Assembly (NCBI RefSeq): GCF_004799495.1
Contig: NZ_SSMY01000008.1
Span: 215,690 to 279,689 of the forward strand
Reading direction: 5' to 3'
From: Sphingomonas sp.
Lineage (GTDB): Bacteria; Pseudomonadota; Alphaproteobacteria; Sphingomonadales; Sphingomonadaceae
DNA: 64,000 nucleotides
Part shown: one piece after another, positions 28,111 to 41,176 of the stretch
Numbering within the stretch: position 1 is the stretch's first letter
Layout of the letters: every line of letters starts with the position of its first letter
The notes under the pieces: model-generated
What the model was told of the DNA's origin: nothing
Seen by the model: only the letters and a program-made list of their open reading frames with translations
Databases searched by the model: none
Made by a program: the position numbers and the translations under genes

Positions 28111-28770
28111 CTATTTAGCGAGTTGCGGAAAGGCTGCCCTGAACGCCGCGACCTTGGGCTTGTCCCAGGCGACGATGTACGGGTGATTGGGGTTCTTGTC
28201 GTAGAAGTGCTGGTGATACTCTTCGGCAGCAAAGAAGCGACCGGTTTCCAGCTTGGTCACGATGGGCCGCGGGAACGCCTTGGCGCGAGTCAGCTGCGCG
28301 ATATAGGCCGCCGCGACGCCGCGCTGCGCCTCGTTCTGCGGGAAGATCGCGGTGCGATAGCTCGGCCCCGAATCCGGCCCTTGTTGGTTGAGCGAGGTCG
28401 GGTCGGTCGCGATCGAGAAATAGACGCGCAGCAGCGTGCCGTAGCTGACCACGCGCGGGTCGTAGGTGATCCGCACCGCTTCGGCATGGCCGGTGCGCTC
28501 GGTCGATACCTGATCGTAGGTCGCGGATCCCGCCGTGCCGCCGGCATAGCCTGACGTCACCCCGGTGACGCCCTTCACGCGCTCGAACACCGCAGACACG
28601 CCCCAGAAGCAGCCGCCCGCGAACACCGCGACGCGTGGACTCGCGGTCGGCACGACATCGCGCGCAGGCGCGGGGATGACGACGGCGCGCTCGGCACCCG
28701 CTAGGCTGGGACGCGCCACGGCGAACACGAGGCCGCCCGCGAGCGCGATAGGGAGAAGTGGCTTGATCAT
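28111..28770 (-). CDS. msrA: Peptide-methionine (S)-S-oxide reductase with signal peptide
   Basis: GGCFWG, SGYAGG, GHAEAV, QGPD.G..YR, AEEYHQ; only one Cys. Confidence 0.95.
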   Translation of the reverse strand: MIKPLLPIALAGGLVFAVARPSLAGAERAVVIPAPARDVVPTASPRVAVFAGGCFWGVSAVFERVKGVTGVTSGYAGGTAGSATYDQVSTERTGHAEAVRITYDPRVVSYGTLLRVYFSIATDPTSLNQQGPDSGPSYRTAIFPQNEAQRGVAAAYIAQLTRAKAFPRPIVTKLETGRFFAAEEYHQHFYDKNPNHPYIVAWDKPKVAAFRAAFPQLAK

Positions 28771-28792
28771 GATCGGTCTCTGTCGTTCCTTC

Positions 28793-28820
28793 ATATAGGA
28801 ACGGCGCCGGGGCGGCCAAG
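28793..28820 (-). promoter_or_regulatory. RpoH-type promoter of msrA
   Basis: Minus strand CTTG-N17-CCTATAT matches the alphaproteobacterial sigma32 consensus. Confidence 0.7.
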
Positions 28821-28828
28821 GAGGCACC

Positions 28829-28972
28829 TTAGTTCGCGGTCTGCGCGATCGTCGCGGGAGCGTGCGGAACGGTCTCGGCGGTCGCCGGGTGGAGCGCCAG
28901 CACGCCGATTCCGCCGAGCGCGAACCCGCCGAGGAAGCGCCACAGCATCGCCGATTTGAAAAGGGTCTTCAT
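28829..28972 (-). CDS. Small (47 aa) single-TM hypothetical protein
   Basis: MKTLFKSAMLWRFLGGFALGGIGVLALHP...; fills the gap between msrA and the aminotransferase; AAGGGAAC upstream. Confidence 0.55.
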   Translation of the reverse strand: MKTLFKSAMLWRFLGGFALGGIGVLALHPATAETVPHAPATIAQTAN

Positions 28973-29103
28973 GACTCTTGTTCCCTTGTGTGCGGCCAGG
29001 AAGTCGGCGCGAGGCTGCTCCGCTTCAACCATCGATCGGTGAACAATAAGTTTCCCGGACTGAACTTTACCTGATCCGCGCGTTCATCGGCGGGCAGGGA
29101 AGC

Positions 29104-32111
<3,008 letters not shown>

Positions 32112-32191
32112 GGCACCTGAGATGCAACCGACAGCGCGCTCAGGGCAAGCCCAAGCTTGCTCCGGCTCCCGGCGATGCCTAGGTCGGTGCC

Positions 32192-32854
32192 ATGGCCGAG
32201 ACCCATCAGCCGCTCCGCGCGGCGATCATCCCCGTCACCCCGCTCCAGCAGAATTGCACGTTGCTGTGGTGCACGAAGACGATGCGCGGCGCGTTCGTCG
32301 ATCCCGGCGGCGACCTGCCGCTGCTTAAGTCGGCGATGGAGAAGCACGGCGTCACGATCGAAAAGATCCTGATCACGCATGGCCATTTCGACCATGCTGC
32401 CGGCGCCGCGCAGCTGGCTGACGACCTCGGCGTGCCGATCGAAGGGCCGCACCCCGAGGACAATTGGCTGATCGAGAAGCTCGGCGAGGACGGGCTCAAA
32501 TACGGCATCCCCGGCCGCGCCTTTGTCCCCGCGCGCTGGCTCGATCAGGGCGACCACGTGACCGTCGGCGAGGTCGGCTTCGCGGTGCATCACACGCCGG
32601 GGCACACGCCGGGGCACGTCGTGTTCCACAACGCCGAATCGAAACTCGCGATCGTCGGCGACGTGCTGTTCCAGGGGTCGATCGGCCGCACCGATTTCCC
32701 GCGCGGCGACCATCAGCAATTGCTCAACTCGATCGTCACCCGGCTGTGGCCGATGGGCGACGACACCGTGTTCCTGCCCGGTCACGGCCAGCCGAGCACC
32801 TTCGGTCAGGAACGCGCGACCAACCCGTTCGTCGGGGACCGGGCGCTGGCCTAG
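32192..32854 (+). CDS. MBL-fold hydrolase (YcbL/glyoxalase II-like)
   Basis: THGHFDHA, TPGHTPGH, GDVLF.GSIGRTD, PGHG. Confidence 0.92.
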   Translation: MAETHQPLRAAIIPVTPLQQNCTLLWCTKTMRGAFVDPGGDLPLLKSAMEKHGVTIEKILITHGHFDHAAGAAQLADDLGVPIEGPHPEDNWLIEKLGEDGLKYGIPGRAFVPARWLDQGDHVTVGEVGFAVHHTPGHTPGHVVFHNAESKLAIVGDVLFQGSIGRTDFPRGDHQQLLNSIVTRLWPMGDDTVFLPGHGQPSTFGQERATNPFVGDRALA

Positions 32855-33297
32855 GCTGACGGCGGCGGCATGCCGATGATGACCGGACCAGTCGCGGGTT
32901 TGGCGGCGGCGGCTTGATAGCCGATCACCAACGCCCACACCGACAGCCCGAGCAGGACCGCGAGCGTCGTCATCGCGCCGATCCGGCGGAGGATGCGCGG
33001 GGCCGTCGGGTCCATGCCCAAGCCGTGGCACAGCCGCGCGAGGATGAACGCCACCCCGACCAGCCACAGCCACAGGCTCGTCCCCCGCGCCGATTCGATC
33101 AGCGCGATCAGGATCAGCACGAACGGCGCATATTCGACGAAATTGAGGTGCGCGCGCGTCCGCGCGACGAGCGGCTCGCTCCCGCCGTCCCCGAGCCAGA
33201 CGCCGGCCTTCGACCGCACCTGCGTCACGCGGATCGCGAGCCAGATGTTGATGAGGCCGGCGGCGGCCGCCATCACGAGCGTTATCGGCAAGATCAT
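32851..33297 (-). CDS. MAPEG family membrane protein
   Basis: RAHLNFVEYAP, ARLCH; 4 TM helices. Confidence 0.85.
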   Translation of the reverse strand: MILPITLVMAAAAGLINIWLAIRVTQVRSKAGVWLGDGGSEPLVARTRAHLNFVEYAPFVLILIALIESARGTSLWLWLVGVAFILARLCHGLGMDPTAPRILRRIGAMTTLAVLLGLSVWALVIGYQAAAAKPATGPVIIGMPPPSA

Positions 33298-33493
33298 GTC
33301 GTTCCCCCTGTTGCGCCGCGACCGTGGCACCGGGCGCTCCGGGTTGCAACGCCGCGCCAATTCGCTATAGGCGCGCGTTCGCGATCAATCCCGCCGATTT
33401 GCGCCGCGTGCCGACCGTTCGGTTGCGCTGGTGCCTTTCCGGGCCTAATCGTTCCGATCAATCGATTTAGTTCTTTAGAAGGTTGTCGCCGCA

Positions 33494-33673
33494 ATGGCCG
33501 TTCCGAAACGCAAGACCACGCCCTCCCGCCGCGGGATGCGCCGCTCGCACGATTCGCTGTCGGTGGAGGCGTTCCAGGAGTGCCCGAACTGCGGCGAGTT
33601 GAAGCGCCCGCACAACCTGTGCAGTTCATGCGGCCATTACAACGGCCGCGAGATCGTTTCGGTCGAAGGCTGA
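33494..33673 (+). CDS. rpmF: 50S ribosomal protein L32
   Basis: Translated by hand: [20 protein letters not shown]...[23 protein letters not shown]. Confidence 0.97.
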   Translation: MAVPKRKTTPSRRGMRRSHDSLSVEAFQECPNCGELKRPHNLCSSCGHYNGREIVSVEG

Positions 33674-33696
33674 CCAGCCTTTAGGGGAAGTAGAGC

Positions 33697-34743
33697 GTGA
33701 CCACCGGCTCCTGGATCGCCGTCGACGCAATGGGCGGTGACGAGGGGCTGGCGGTGATGCTGGCGGGAGTCGCGGAAGCGCGGCGCCGCTACGACGGCAC
33801 GCATTTCTTTCTCGTCGGCGACGAGACCGCGATCGCCGCGGGGCTCAAGAAGCACCCCAACCTCAACGCCAATTCCGAAATCGTCCACGCCCCCGACGTG
33901 ATCAGGGGCGACGAAAAGCCGTCGGCCGCTTTGCGCCGCGCCAAGACCACCTCGATGGGCGTCGCGATCGATCTGGTCAAACAGGGCCGCGCCGCCGCCG
34001 CCGTCTCGTCGGGCAATACCGGTGCGCTGATGGCGATGGCCAAGCTATCGCTCCGCACGATGAAGGGTATCGACCGCCCCGCGCTCGCCGGGCTGATGCC
34101 TAGTCTGGGCGATCACGACACGGTGGTGCTCGACCTCGGCGCGAATACCGAATGCGACGCGCGCAACCTCGAGGAATTCGCGATCATGGGCGCGGCCTAT
34201 GCGCGCACGATGCTCGACCTCGAATCGCCCAAGGTCGCGCTGCTCAACATCGGCACCGAGGACATGAAGGGCACCGGGATCATCCGCGAGGCGGCGCAGG
34301 CGCTGCGCGACGCGACGCATCTGCCACTGACCTTTACCGGGTTCATCGAAGGCGACAAATTGTCGCGCGGCGAAGTCGACGTGATCGTGTGCGACGGCTT
34401 TTCGGGGAATGTCGCGCTTAAGACCGCGGAAGGCACCGCGCGGTTCGTCGCGGACCTGCTACGGATCGCCTTCTCCAGTTCGACGCGCTCGAAGATCGGG
34501 TTCCTGATCTCGCGCCCAGCGACCGAGTTGCTGCGCAACCGGCTCGACCCCAACCATCATAACGGCGCGGTGTTTCTCGGGCTCAACGGCCTCGTCGTGA
34601 AGAGCCATGGCGGCGCCAACGAAATGGGGGTCGCGACCGCGATCGCGGTCGCGGCGAAGAGCGTGCGCGACGACCTCGCGACCAGGATCGCCGAGGACCT
34701 CCAGCATTTCGCGCAAACGCCGCTCGAAGGGGCGGCGGCATGA
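33697..34743 (+). CDS. plsX: Phosphate acyltransferase PlsX
   Basis: [39 protein letters not shown]. Confidence 0.97.
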   Translation: MTTGSWIAVDAMGGDEGLAVMLAGVAEARRRYDGTHFFLVGDETAIAAGLKKHPNLNANSEIVHAPDVIRGDEKPSAALRRAKTTSMGVAIDLVKQGRAAAAVSSGNTGALMAMAKLSLRTMKGIDRPALAGLMPSLGDHDTVVLDLGANTECDARNLEEFAIMGAAYARTMLDLESPKVALLNIGTEDMKGTGIIREAAQALRDATHLPLTFTGFIEGDKLSRGEVDVIVCDGFSGNVALKTAEGTARFVADLLRIAFSSSTRSKIGFLISRPATELLRNRLDPNHHNGAVFLGLNGLVVKSHGGANEMGVATAIAVAAKSVRDDLATRIAEDLQHFAQTPLEGAAA

Positions 34744-35705
34744 GACGCGCGGTCCTGACCGGCACCGGGTCGGCGCTCCCCGCGCGGCGCGTGTCGAACG
34801 CCGATTTGGCGGAGACTGTCGATACCTCCGACGACTGGATCGTCGAGCGCACGGGGATCCGTTTTCGTCACATCGCCAGCCCCGACGAGACGACGGGAAC
34901 GCTGGGTGCCGACGCGGCGCGCGCGGCGCTGGGCGCGGCGGGCGTACGCGCCGAGGACGTCGACCTGATCGTGCTCGCGACGGCGACACCCGACCAGACC
35001 TTTCCGGCGACCGCGACCAAGATCCAGGCGATGCTGGGGATCGACGATTGCGTGGCGTTCGATGTCGGCGCGGTGTGCTCGGGGTTCCTCTACGCGGTGC
35101 AAGTCGCCGACAGTTTGATCCGCACCGGCGCCGCGAATCGCGCCTTGGTGATCGGGTCGGAGACGTTCAGCCGCATCCTCGACTGGGAGGACCGCGCGAC
35201 GTGCGTGCTGTTCGGCGACGGTGCCGGCGCGGTGGTGCTCGAAGGGCGCGATGTCGCCGAGGATGGCCCCGGCATCCTGTCGACCAAACTCCACGCCGAC
35301 GGGCGCCACAACGAATTGCTCTATGTCGATGGCGGCCCGTCGACCACCGGCACGGTCGGCAAGGTGCGGATGAAGGGGCGCGAGGTATTCCGCCACGCCG
35401 TCACCAACCTTGCCAGTGTGCTCGACGAATCGCTCGGGGCGGTCGGCATGAATGCGGCCGACGTCGACTGGGTGGTGCCGCACCAGGCGAATGCCCGCAT
35501 CCTCGACGCGACCGCGCGCAAGCTCGGACTGCCGGCGGAAAAAGTCGTCGTCACGGTCGACCAGCACGCCAATACCTCGGCCGCGTCGGTGCCGCTCGCG
35601 CTCGACGTCGCGACTCGCGACGGGCGGATCAAGCCGGGACAGATCGTCGTGCTCGAGGCGATGGGCGGAGGGTTCACCTGGGGCGCCGCAGTGCTACGTA
35701 CCTGA
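34740..35705 (+). CDS. fabH: Beta-ketoacyl-ACP synthase III
   Basis: [37 protein letters not shown]. Confidence 0.97.
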   Translation: MRRAVLTGTGSALPARRVSNADLAETVDTSDDWIVERTGIRFRHIASPDETTGTLGADAARAALGAAGVRAEDVDLIVLATATPDQTFPATATKIQAMLGIDDCVAFDVGAVCSGFLYAVQVADSLIRTGAANRALVIGSETFSRILDWEDRATCVLFGDGAGAVVLEGRDVAEDGPGILSTKLHADGRHNELLYVDGGPSTTGTVGKVRMKGREVFRHAVTNLASVLDESLGAVGMNAADVDWVVPHQANARILDATARKLGLPAEKVVVTVDQHANTSAASVPLALDVATRDGRIKPGQIVVLEAMGGGFTWGAAVLRT

Positions 35706-35805
35706 TTGCGATTGAAACAAGACAGTAACGTTCACGTAACTATCGCTTTTCCTGATTGCCGTCATTGTGTTACGGTTTCTTTCTGTCACCTGGGGAGGGG
35801 CATCG

Positions 35806-36105
35806 ATGTCGAATGTTGGGACGCTGACTCGGGCCGATCTGGCAGACGCGCTGCAACGCGAAGTCGGGCTGTCGCGCGCCGATTCGGCCAAGCTGGTCGA
35901 AGAAATCCTGTTTTACATGTGCGAAGCGCTGTCGCGCGGCGAAAACGTCAAGATTTCCGGGTTCGGGACGTTCGTCCTGCGTGACAAGGGCCAGCGCATC
36001 GGGCGCAATCCCAAGACCGGGGTCGAAGTGCCGATCGCGCCGCGCCGCGTGCTGACCTTCCGCGCCAGCCAGATGATGCGTGACCGCATCGTCAGCGCGG
36101 GCTGA
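35806..36105 (+). CDS. ihfA: Integration host factor alpha
   Basis: [32 protein letters not shown]. Confidence 0.95.
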   Translation: MSNVGTLTRADLADALQREVGLSRADSAKLVEEILFYMCEALSRGENVKISGFGTFVLRDKGQRIGRNPKTGVEVPIAPRRVLTFRASQMMRDRIVSAG

Positions 36106-36113
36106 TCGCAGCG

Positions 36114-36467
36114 GTGGCTGAAAAGGCCGCCAGCGCGTTCCGCACGATCGGCGAGGTATCGCACGATACCGGGCTGCCGCAGCACATCCTGCGCTATTGG
36201 GAAACGCGGTTTCCGCAGCTGCGCCCGCTGCAGCGCGCGGGCAAACGACGCTATTATCGGCCCGAGGATGTCGCGCTGGTGCGGCGCATCAACGCGCTGC
36301 TCAACCACGAGGGATATACCGTCCGCGGCGTGCAAAAGCTTTTGATGAGCGAAACGCGCGCCGCGCCGGTGCCTGCCGCCCCGGTTCCCGTGAGCGGCGC
36401 GCCGATCGACCCCGCCAGCCTGAAGTCGATCCGCGACTTGCTGGCGACCGCGCTCGCCCGGGCCTAA
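36114..36467 (+). CDS. MerR-family regulator (conserved partner of ihfA)
   Basis: FRTIGEV, HILRYWETRF, RRYYRPED, GYTVRGV. Confidence 0.9.
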   Translation: MAEKAASAFRTIGEVSHDTGLPQHILRYWETRFPQLRPLQRAGKRRYYRPEDVALVRRINALLNHEGYTVRGVQKLLMSETRAAPVPAAPVPVSGAPIDPASLKSIRDLLATALARA

Positions 36468-37132
36468 CGCGGGGCGAGACCATCGCGCAGCAAGTCCGCC
36501 ACCGTATCGGCCACCGCGCCGGGATTTCGATCCTCGTCCCACACGCCATACCGCAGCCCCAGGAACACGTTCATCCCCATGATCGCCCAGGCGTGGACGT
36601 CGGACACGTCGGCGCGCACCTCGCCACGCCCGGCGGCCGTCTTCAGGCGCTGCTCGATACGCTCGGCGGTGGTTGTGTAGTGGGCGCGAAAGCTCGCCGG
36701 GTCGACGAACTCGGCCTCGTCGATGATGCGGTAGATTTCCTGGTGCCCGCGCACGAACTCGAGAAAGCTCAGCAACCCCGCGCGCTCGGCGGCGATCTGG
36801 TCCGGCGCGGCGCGCAAAGCGGGCGCGACATGGTCGCGGACTTGCTCCGACATGTCGCGGACCAGCGCGCGGAAGATCGCGTCCTTGGAGTCGAAATAGG
36901 TGTAGAACGTGCCGAGCGCGACCCCGGCGCGGCGCGTGATCCCGCTGATCGATCCTTCGTGAAATCCCTTTTCGCCGAACTCGACCGCGGCGGCGTCGAG
37001 GATCGCGCGAAGCGTGCGCCGGCCGCGATCGGTGCGCGGCGCCTTGCCCGCGCTTGCGGTGCCGTCGACGCCGCGCGTTCCGGCCGCATCGCTAGCAGGG
37101 GCAGGCGTTGCCTTTGCGCCACGCTGGACCAT
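36464..37132 (-). CDS. TetR/AcrR family regulator
   Basis: AILDAA..EFGEKGFH..SI..I...AGVALGTFYTYF.SK. Confidence 0.92.
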   Translation of the reverse strand: MVQRGAKATPAPASDAAGTRGVDGTASAGKAPRTDRGRRTLRAILDAAAVEFGEKGFHEGSISGITRRAGVALGTFYTYFDSKDAIFRALVRDMSEQVRDHVAPALRAAPDQIAAERAGLLSFLEFVRGHQEIYRIIDEAEFVDPASFRAHYTTTAERIEQRLKTAAGRGEVRADVSDVHAWAIMGMNVFLGLRYGVWDEDRNPGAVADTVADLLRDGLAPR

Positions 37133-37160
37133 CTTTTACGCCTCCCCTGACAGACCGAAG

Positions 37161-37189
37161 TTGAAACCCGGTTCAGGTTTCAGTATACG
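37161..37189 (+). promoter_or_regulatory. Sigma70 promoter of the TonB receptor overlapped by a palindromic operator
   Basis: TTGAAA(37161-66)-N17-TATACG(37184-89); perfect inverted repeat TGAAACC-N7-GGTTTCA at 37162-37182. Confidence 0.75.
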
Positions 37190-37253
37190 CAGCTTCGACA
37201 AGCGTTCAACCGGGTCGTGGCCCGTATGACGATAGACGGATTCGGGAGGGAAG

Positions 37254-39638
37254 ATGACAATGATCGGCACTCGTACGCGCAAGCTTCACGCGGCGCTCTA
37301 CACCGGCGCGGCGCTGGCGGGGCTGCTCGCCGCACCAGCCCAGGCGCAGGATGCGCCGGCTCCAGCATCGGCGCCAGCCGCGGCCCAGGACGATAGTGCT
37401 GGCCCCGACATCATCATCACCGCGCGGCGCCGCGAGGAAAGCCTGCTCAAGGTTCCGGTCGCGGTGACAGCGGTCACGGGCGCGCAGCTAGAAAAGATCG
37501 GCGCGGTCGACCTAACCGACATTCAGACCGTTTCCCCCAACACCACGCTGAAGGATGCGCGCGGTACCAACTCGACGCTCGCCGCGTTCATCCGTGGCGT
37601 CGGCCAGCAGGATCCGGTGCCGGGGTTCGAGGCGGGCATCGGCATCTATCTCGACGATGTGTACCTCAACCGTCCGCAGGCCGCCGTGCTCGACATCTAC
37701 GACGTCGACCGGATCGAAGTGCTGCGCGGCCCGCAGGGGACGCTCTACGGCCGCAACACGATCGGCGGCGCGGTCAAATATGTCACCAAGCGCTTGCCTG
37801 ACACTTTCTCCGCTTCGCTGCGCGGCGCGTACGGCTCGTACAATCAAGCCGATGGCATCATCAGCCTCTCGGCGCCGATCGGGTCGATGCTGCGCGTCGG
37901 CGTGTCGGGCGCGCGGCTGACGCGCGACGGATTCGGACGCAACCTCACGCTCGGCATCCCGAACTACAACAAGGATATCTGGGCGGGGCGCGGCACGGTC
38001 GAGTTCGAGACCCCCGACAGCGGCCTGTTCGTCCGCATCACCGGTGACTACACCCACGACAAGTCGGCACCGCGCAACGGCCACCGCCTGTTCGCCGGGA
38101 TGCTCACCGGGTCGCCGGTGCTGGCGAACGTCTACGACACCAACGCCGGGCTCAACTTCCCGAAGGAAGACGTCTGGGCCGGCGGACTGTCGATGGCGGT
38201 GACCGCCAAGCTCGGCGGCGGGTTCACGCTGCGCAGCATCAGCGCGTGGCGCAAGGACCGCAGCTTCACTCCGATCGATTTCGACGCGACCCCGTCGGTC
38301 GATGTCGACGTGCCCGCGGTCTATCGCAACGAACAGACCAGCCAGGAATTCCAGCTGCTCTATGCGAGCGACAAGCTGAACGGTTTGGTCGGCTTTTATT
38401 ATCTGGGCGCGAAGGCGGCGACCGGGTTCGACGTGCTGCTCAACACCACGCTCGCCAATCTCGACGCCTATACGGCAGGCGATGTACGCACCGAGACGTC
38501 GTCGGTGTTCGCCGATTTCACCTACGATTTCACGCCGCAATTGAGCCTGTCGGTCGGCGGACGCTATACGTGGGATCAGCGCAAGTCGTTCATCTACAAG
38601 GCGAACTTCCTGGGCGGCCCGCTGTTCGGCGCGACCTCTGAGTTCGGCGGCAATCCGACGCTCAATCTTGGCGCATCGACCAATTTCCGCGGCGAGGCGA
38701 ACTTCAAGCGATTCACGCCGCGCGTATCGTTGAGTTTCAAGCCGAACGGCAATCACATGTTCTACGCATCCTATTCGGAAGGGTTCAAGGGTGGCGGGTT
38801 CGATCCGCGCGGATCGGGCACCTCGGCGCCCGACGTCAATCAGGACGGCGTGCGTAGCTACCAGGAAATCTACAATTACCTCGCGTTCAAGCCAGAGGTG
38901 GTGAAGAGCTTCGAGCTCGGCTGGAAGGGCTCGGCGCTGGACCGGCGGCTGACCTGGTCGCTCGCCGGCTTCCACGCCAATTATCAGAACGTCCAGATCC
39001 CGGGCTCGGTCGCGTGCATCATCGGCGGGGTGCAGAGCTTCTGCGGCATCACTACCAACGCGGCGAAGGCGCGGATCAACGGCGTCGAGTTCGAAGGCAA
39101 TGCGGTGCTCGCGCGCGGCTTTGCAGGCGCCGGCTCGAACGTCACGCTGTCGACCGCTATCGGGTATATCGACCCCAAGTATGAGAGCTATATCGGGCCG
39201 ACCGGCGCCGAGGTGTCGCAATATCGCCAGTTCCAGAACACCCCCAAATGGACGCTGGCGGGCACGCTCGCCGCGAACCTGCCGGTAGGGCCGGGCAGCA
39301 TCAACGCGTCGACTACCGTCTCGTATCGCAGCCTGACGCACCAGTTCGAGGTGGCGAGCCCGTTCCTCGATCAGCCAGGCTACACGCTGTGGGACGCGAA
39401 CCTGAACTATACGTTCGGGTCGAAGGGGCAGTATTCGATCGGCCTGCACGCCAAGAACATCACCGACGTGCGCTACAAGACGGCGGGGTATCAGTATCTC
39501 GCGGCGAACGCGGCGACGGGGGCGATCGTCTACACCACGGCCGGCGGGGTCACCCCGACGCTGGGCAAGGAGGGCATCGCCACCGTGTTCTACGGCAACC
39601 CGCGGCAGGTGTTCGGGACCTTCTCGCTCAAGTTCTGA
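37254..39638 (+). CDS. TonB-dependent receptor
   Basis: Signal peptide, TonB box DIIITARRR, plug motif IEVLRGPQGTLYGRNT.GG, C-terminal Phe. Confidence 0.96.
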   Translation: MTMIGTRTRKLHAALYTGAALAGLLAAPAQAQDAPAPASAPAAAQDDSAGPDIIITARRREESLLKVPVAVTAVTGAQLEKIGAVDLTDIQTVSPNTTLKDARGTNSTLAAFIRGVGQQDPVPGFEAGIGIYLDDVYLNRPQAAVLDIYDVDRIEVLRGPQGTLYGRNTIGGAVKYVTKRLPDTFSASLRGAYGSYNQADGIISLSAPIGSMLRVGVSGARLTRDGFGRNLTLGIPNYNKDIWAGRGTVEFETPDSGLFVRITGDYTHDKSAPRNGHRLFAGMLTGSPVLANVYDTNAGLNFPKEDVWAGGLSMAVTAKLGGGFTLRSISAWRKDRSFTPIDFDATPSVDVDVPAVYRNEQTSQEFQLLYASDKLNGLVGFYYLGAKAATGFDVLLNTTLANLDAYTAGDVRTETSSVFADFTYDFTPQLSLSVGGRYTWDQRKSFIYKANFLGGPLFGATSEFGGNPTLNLGASTNFRGEANFKRFTPRVSLSFKPNGNHMFYASYSEGFKGGGFDPRGSGTSAPDVNQDGVRSYQEIYNYLAFKPEVVKSFELGWKGSALDRRLTWSLAGFHANYQNVQIPGSVACIIGGVQSFCGITTNAAKARINGVEFEGNAVLARGFAGAGSNVTLSTAIGYIDPKYESYIGPTGAEVSQYRQFQNTPKWTLAGTLAANLPVGPGSINASTTVSYRSLTHQFEVASPFLDQPGYTLWDANLNYTFGSKGQYSIGLHAKNITDVRYKTAGYQYLAANAATGAIVYTTAGGVTPTLGKEGIATVFYGNPRQVFGTFSLKF

Positions 39639-39670
39639 TCGACGGGCGCGGATCGCCTGATACAAGGGGG

Positions 39671-39709
39671 AAAGGGGCTGGGCGCGACCAATCGTCCGGC
39701 TCCTTTTTT
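39671..39709 (+). terminator. Intrinsic terminator/stabilising hairpin between the TonB receptor and the MFS gene
   Basis: AAAGGGGCTGGGCG/CGTCCGGCTCCTTT stem (with GU pairs) followed by a T run. Confidence 0.7.
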
Positions 39710-39730
39710 ATGCGCCGGGGAGAGGGTGAC

Positions 39731-41176
39731 ATGACGACGCGGACCGAGCGGCCGGGCTATCCCGCGCTGGTGCTGACGATGCTGTTGGTCGTCTACACCT
39801 TCAACTTCCTCGACCGCCAGATCCTCGGCATCCTCGCCAAGCCGATTCAGGCGAGTCTGAACCTCGACGACAAGCAGTTCGGCGCGATCGGCGGGACGGC
39901 GTTCGCGATCCTCTATTCGGTGCTCGGCGTGCCGCTCGCGCTCGCCGCCGACCGCTGGGGCAAGACACGCGTCGTCGCCGGATCGCTGGTGGTGTGGAGC
40001 GGGTTCACCGCGCTCTGCGGCACCGCCGCGGGGTTCTGGCAACTGTTCCTCTATCGCCTCGGCGTCGGGGTCGGCGAAGCCGGCGGCGCGGCGCCGTCCT
40101 ATGCCCTGATCGCCGATTATTTCCCGGTCGAACGCCGCGCGCGCGCGCTTGCCATCTATTCGATGGGGATCCCGATCGGGCTCGGCGGGGGCGTGCTGCT
40201 CGGCGCATATATCGCGCAGCACGTCAACTGGCAGGCCGCGTTCATCGTCATGGGTGTGGCCGGGATCCTTGTCGCGCCGATCTTTCTGGCGCTGGTCCGC
40301 GATCGCTTTCCGCCGACCGTCGCCGTGAAGGGCGCGCCGTCGCCGTTGACGGTGATGCCGATCCTGATGCGCAAGCCCGCCTATTGGCTGTTGTCGGTCG
40401 GCGCGGGGTGCAGTTCGATGGCGGGGTACGGGCTCGCGCTGTGGGCGCCCAAGATCATCGCGGTCCAGTTCGGCTGGACCGCTCCCGACCAGCTAGTCAA
40501 GGTCGGCCAGTTCATGGGCGCGCTGCTGCTGATCGGCGGGTCGTTCGGCATCTTCATGGGCGGCGTGGTGTCGGACCGGCTGGGGAAGCTCGACCGCGCC
40601 TGGTATTGCCGCGTGCCGGCGATCGCCTGGCTGATCACCGCGCCGATGTTCATCCTCGGCTTCAACACGCCCACGCCGATCCTCGCCTGGTGCATCCTGC
40701 TGGTCCCCAACGCGCTCAACACGCTCTGGCTCGGACCAATCATCACCGCGTCGCAGCACCTCGCGCCGTCGCGGATGCGCGCGGGCACGTCGGGCACATT
40801 CCTGCTGATCAACAATCTGCTCGGCCTGGGCCTCGGGCCGTGGCTGATGGGCGCCATCTCGGTATCGCTGAAGGCCAAATACGGCGACCAATCGCTCGGC
40901 ATCGCGGCAATGATCGGGGTGTGCCTCTATCTCGTCGCGGCGGTGCTCGCGTTGCTCGCGGTTCGGCCGCTCAAGCGCGGCTGGGTGGAGGAAGGCGCCG
41001 ACGTGCCGGCCCCGTCGCAGTCGCAGGTCACCGGCGCGATCCTGCTGATGGCGTCGCTGGTGGTGTGGATCGTCAATCTGGTACTCTTCCCCAAGCTGGC
41101 GATCACGGCCCTCGCCGCGCTGCTGACGATCGCCGGGCTGGTGCTGCTGATCCGGCCCGCCAAGGCCATGGCTTAA
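39731..41176 (+). CDS. MFS transporter (spinster-like)
   Basis: FNFLDRQIL, LAADRWGK, RLGVGVGEAG, LIADYFP. Confidence 0.92.
   Translation: MTTRTERPGYPALVLTMLLVVYTFNFLDRQILGILAKPIQASLNLDDKQFGAIGGTAFAILYSVLGVPLALAADRWGKTRVVAGSLVVWSGFTALCGTAAGFWQLFLYRLGVGVGEAGGAAPSYALIADYFPVERRARALAIYSMGIPIGLGGGVLLGAYIAQHVNWQAAFIVMGVAGILVAPIFLALVRDRFPPTVAVKGAPSPLTVMPILMRKPAYWLLSVGAGCSSMAGYGLALWAPKIIAVQFGWTAPDQLVKVGQFMGALLLIGGSFGIFMGGVVSDRLGKLDRAWYCRVPAIAWLITAPMFILGFNTPTPILAWCILLVPNALNTLWLGPIITASQHLAPSRMRAGTSGTFLLINNLLGLGLGPWLMGAISVSLKAKYGDQSLGIAAMIGVCLYLVAAVLALLAVRPLKRGWVEEGADVPAPSQSQVTGAILLMASLVVWIVNLVLFPKLAITALAALLTIAGLVLLIRPAKAMA

Noticed and set aside
29061-29086. TGAAC-N16-GTTCA as an ECF promoter or operator
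   Set aside because: Only 5-bp arms and a non-consensus -35; could be chance.
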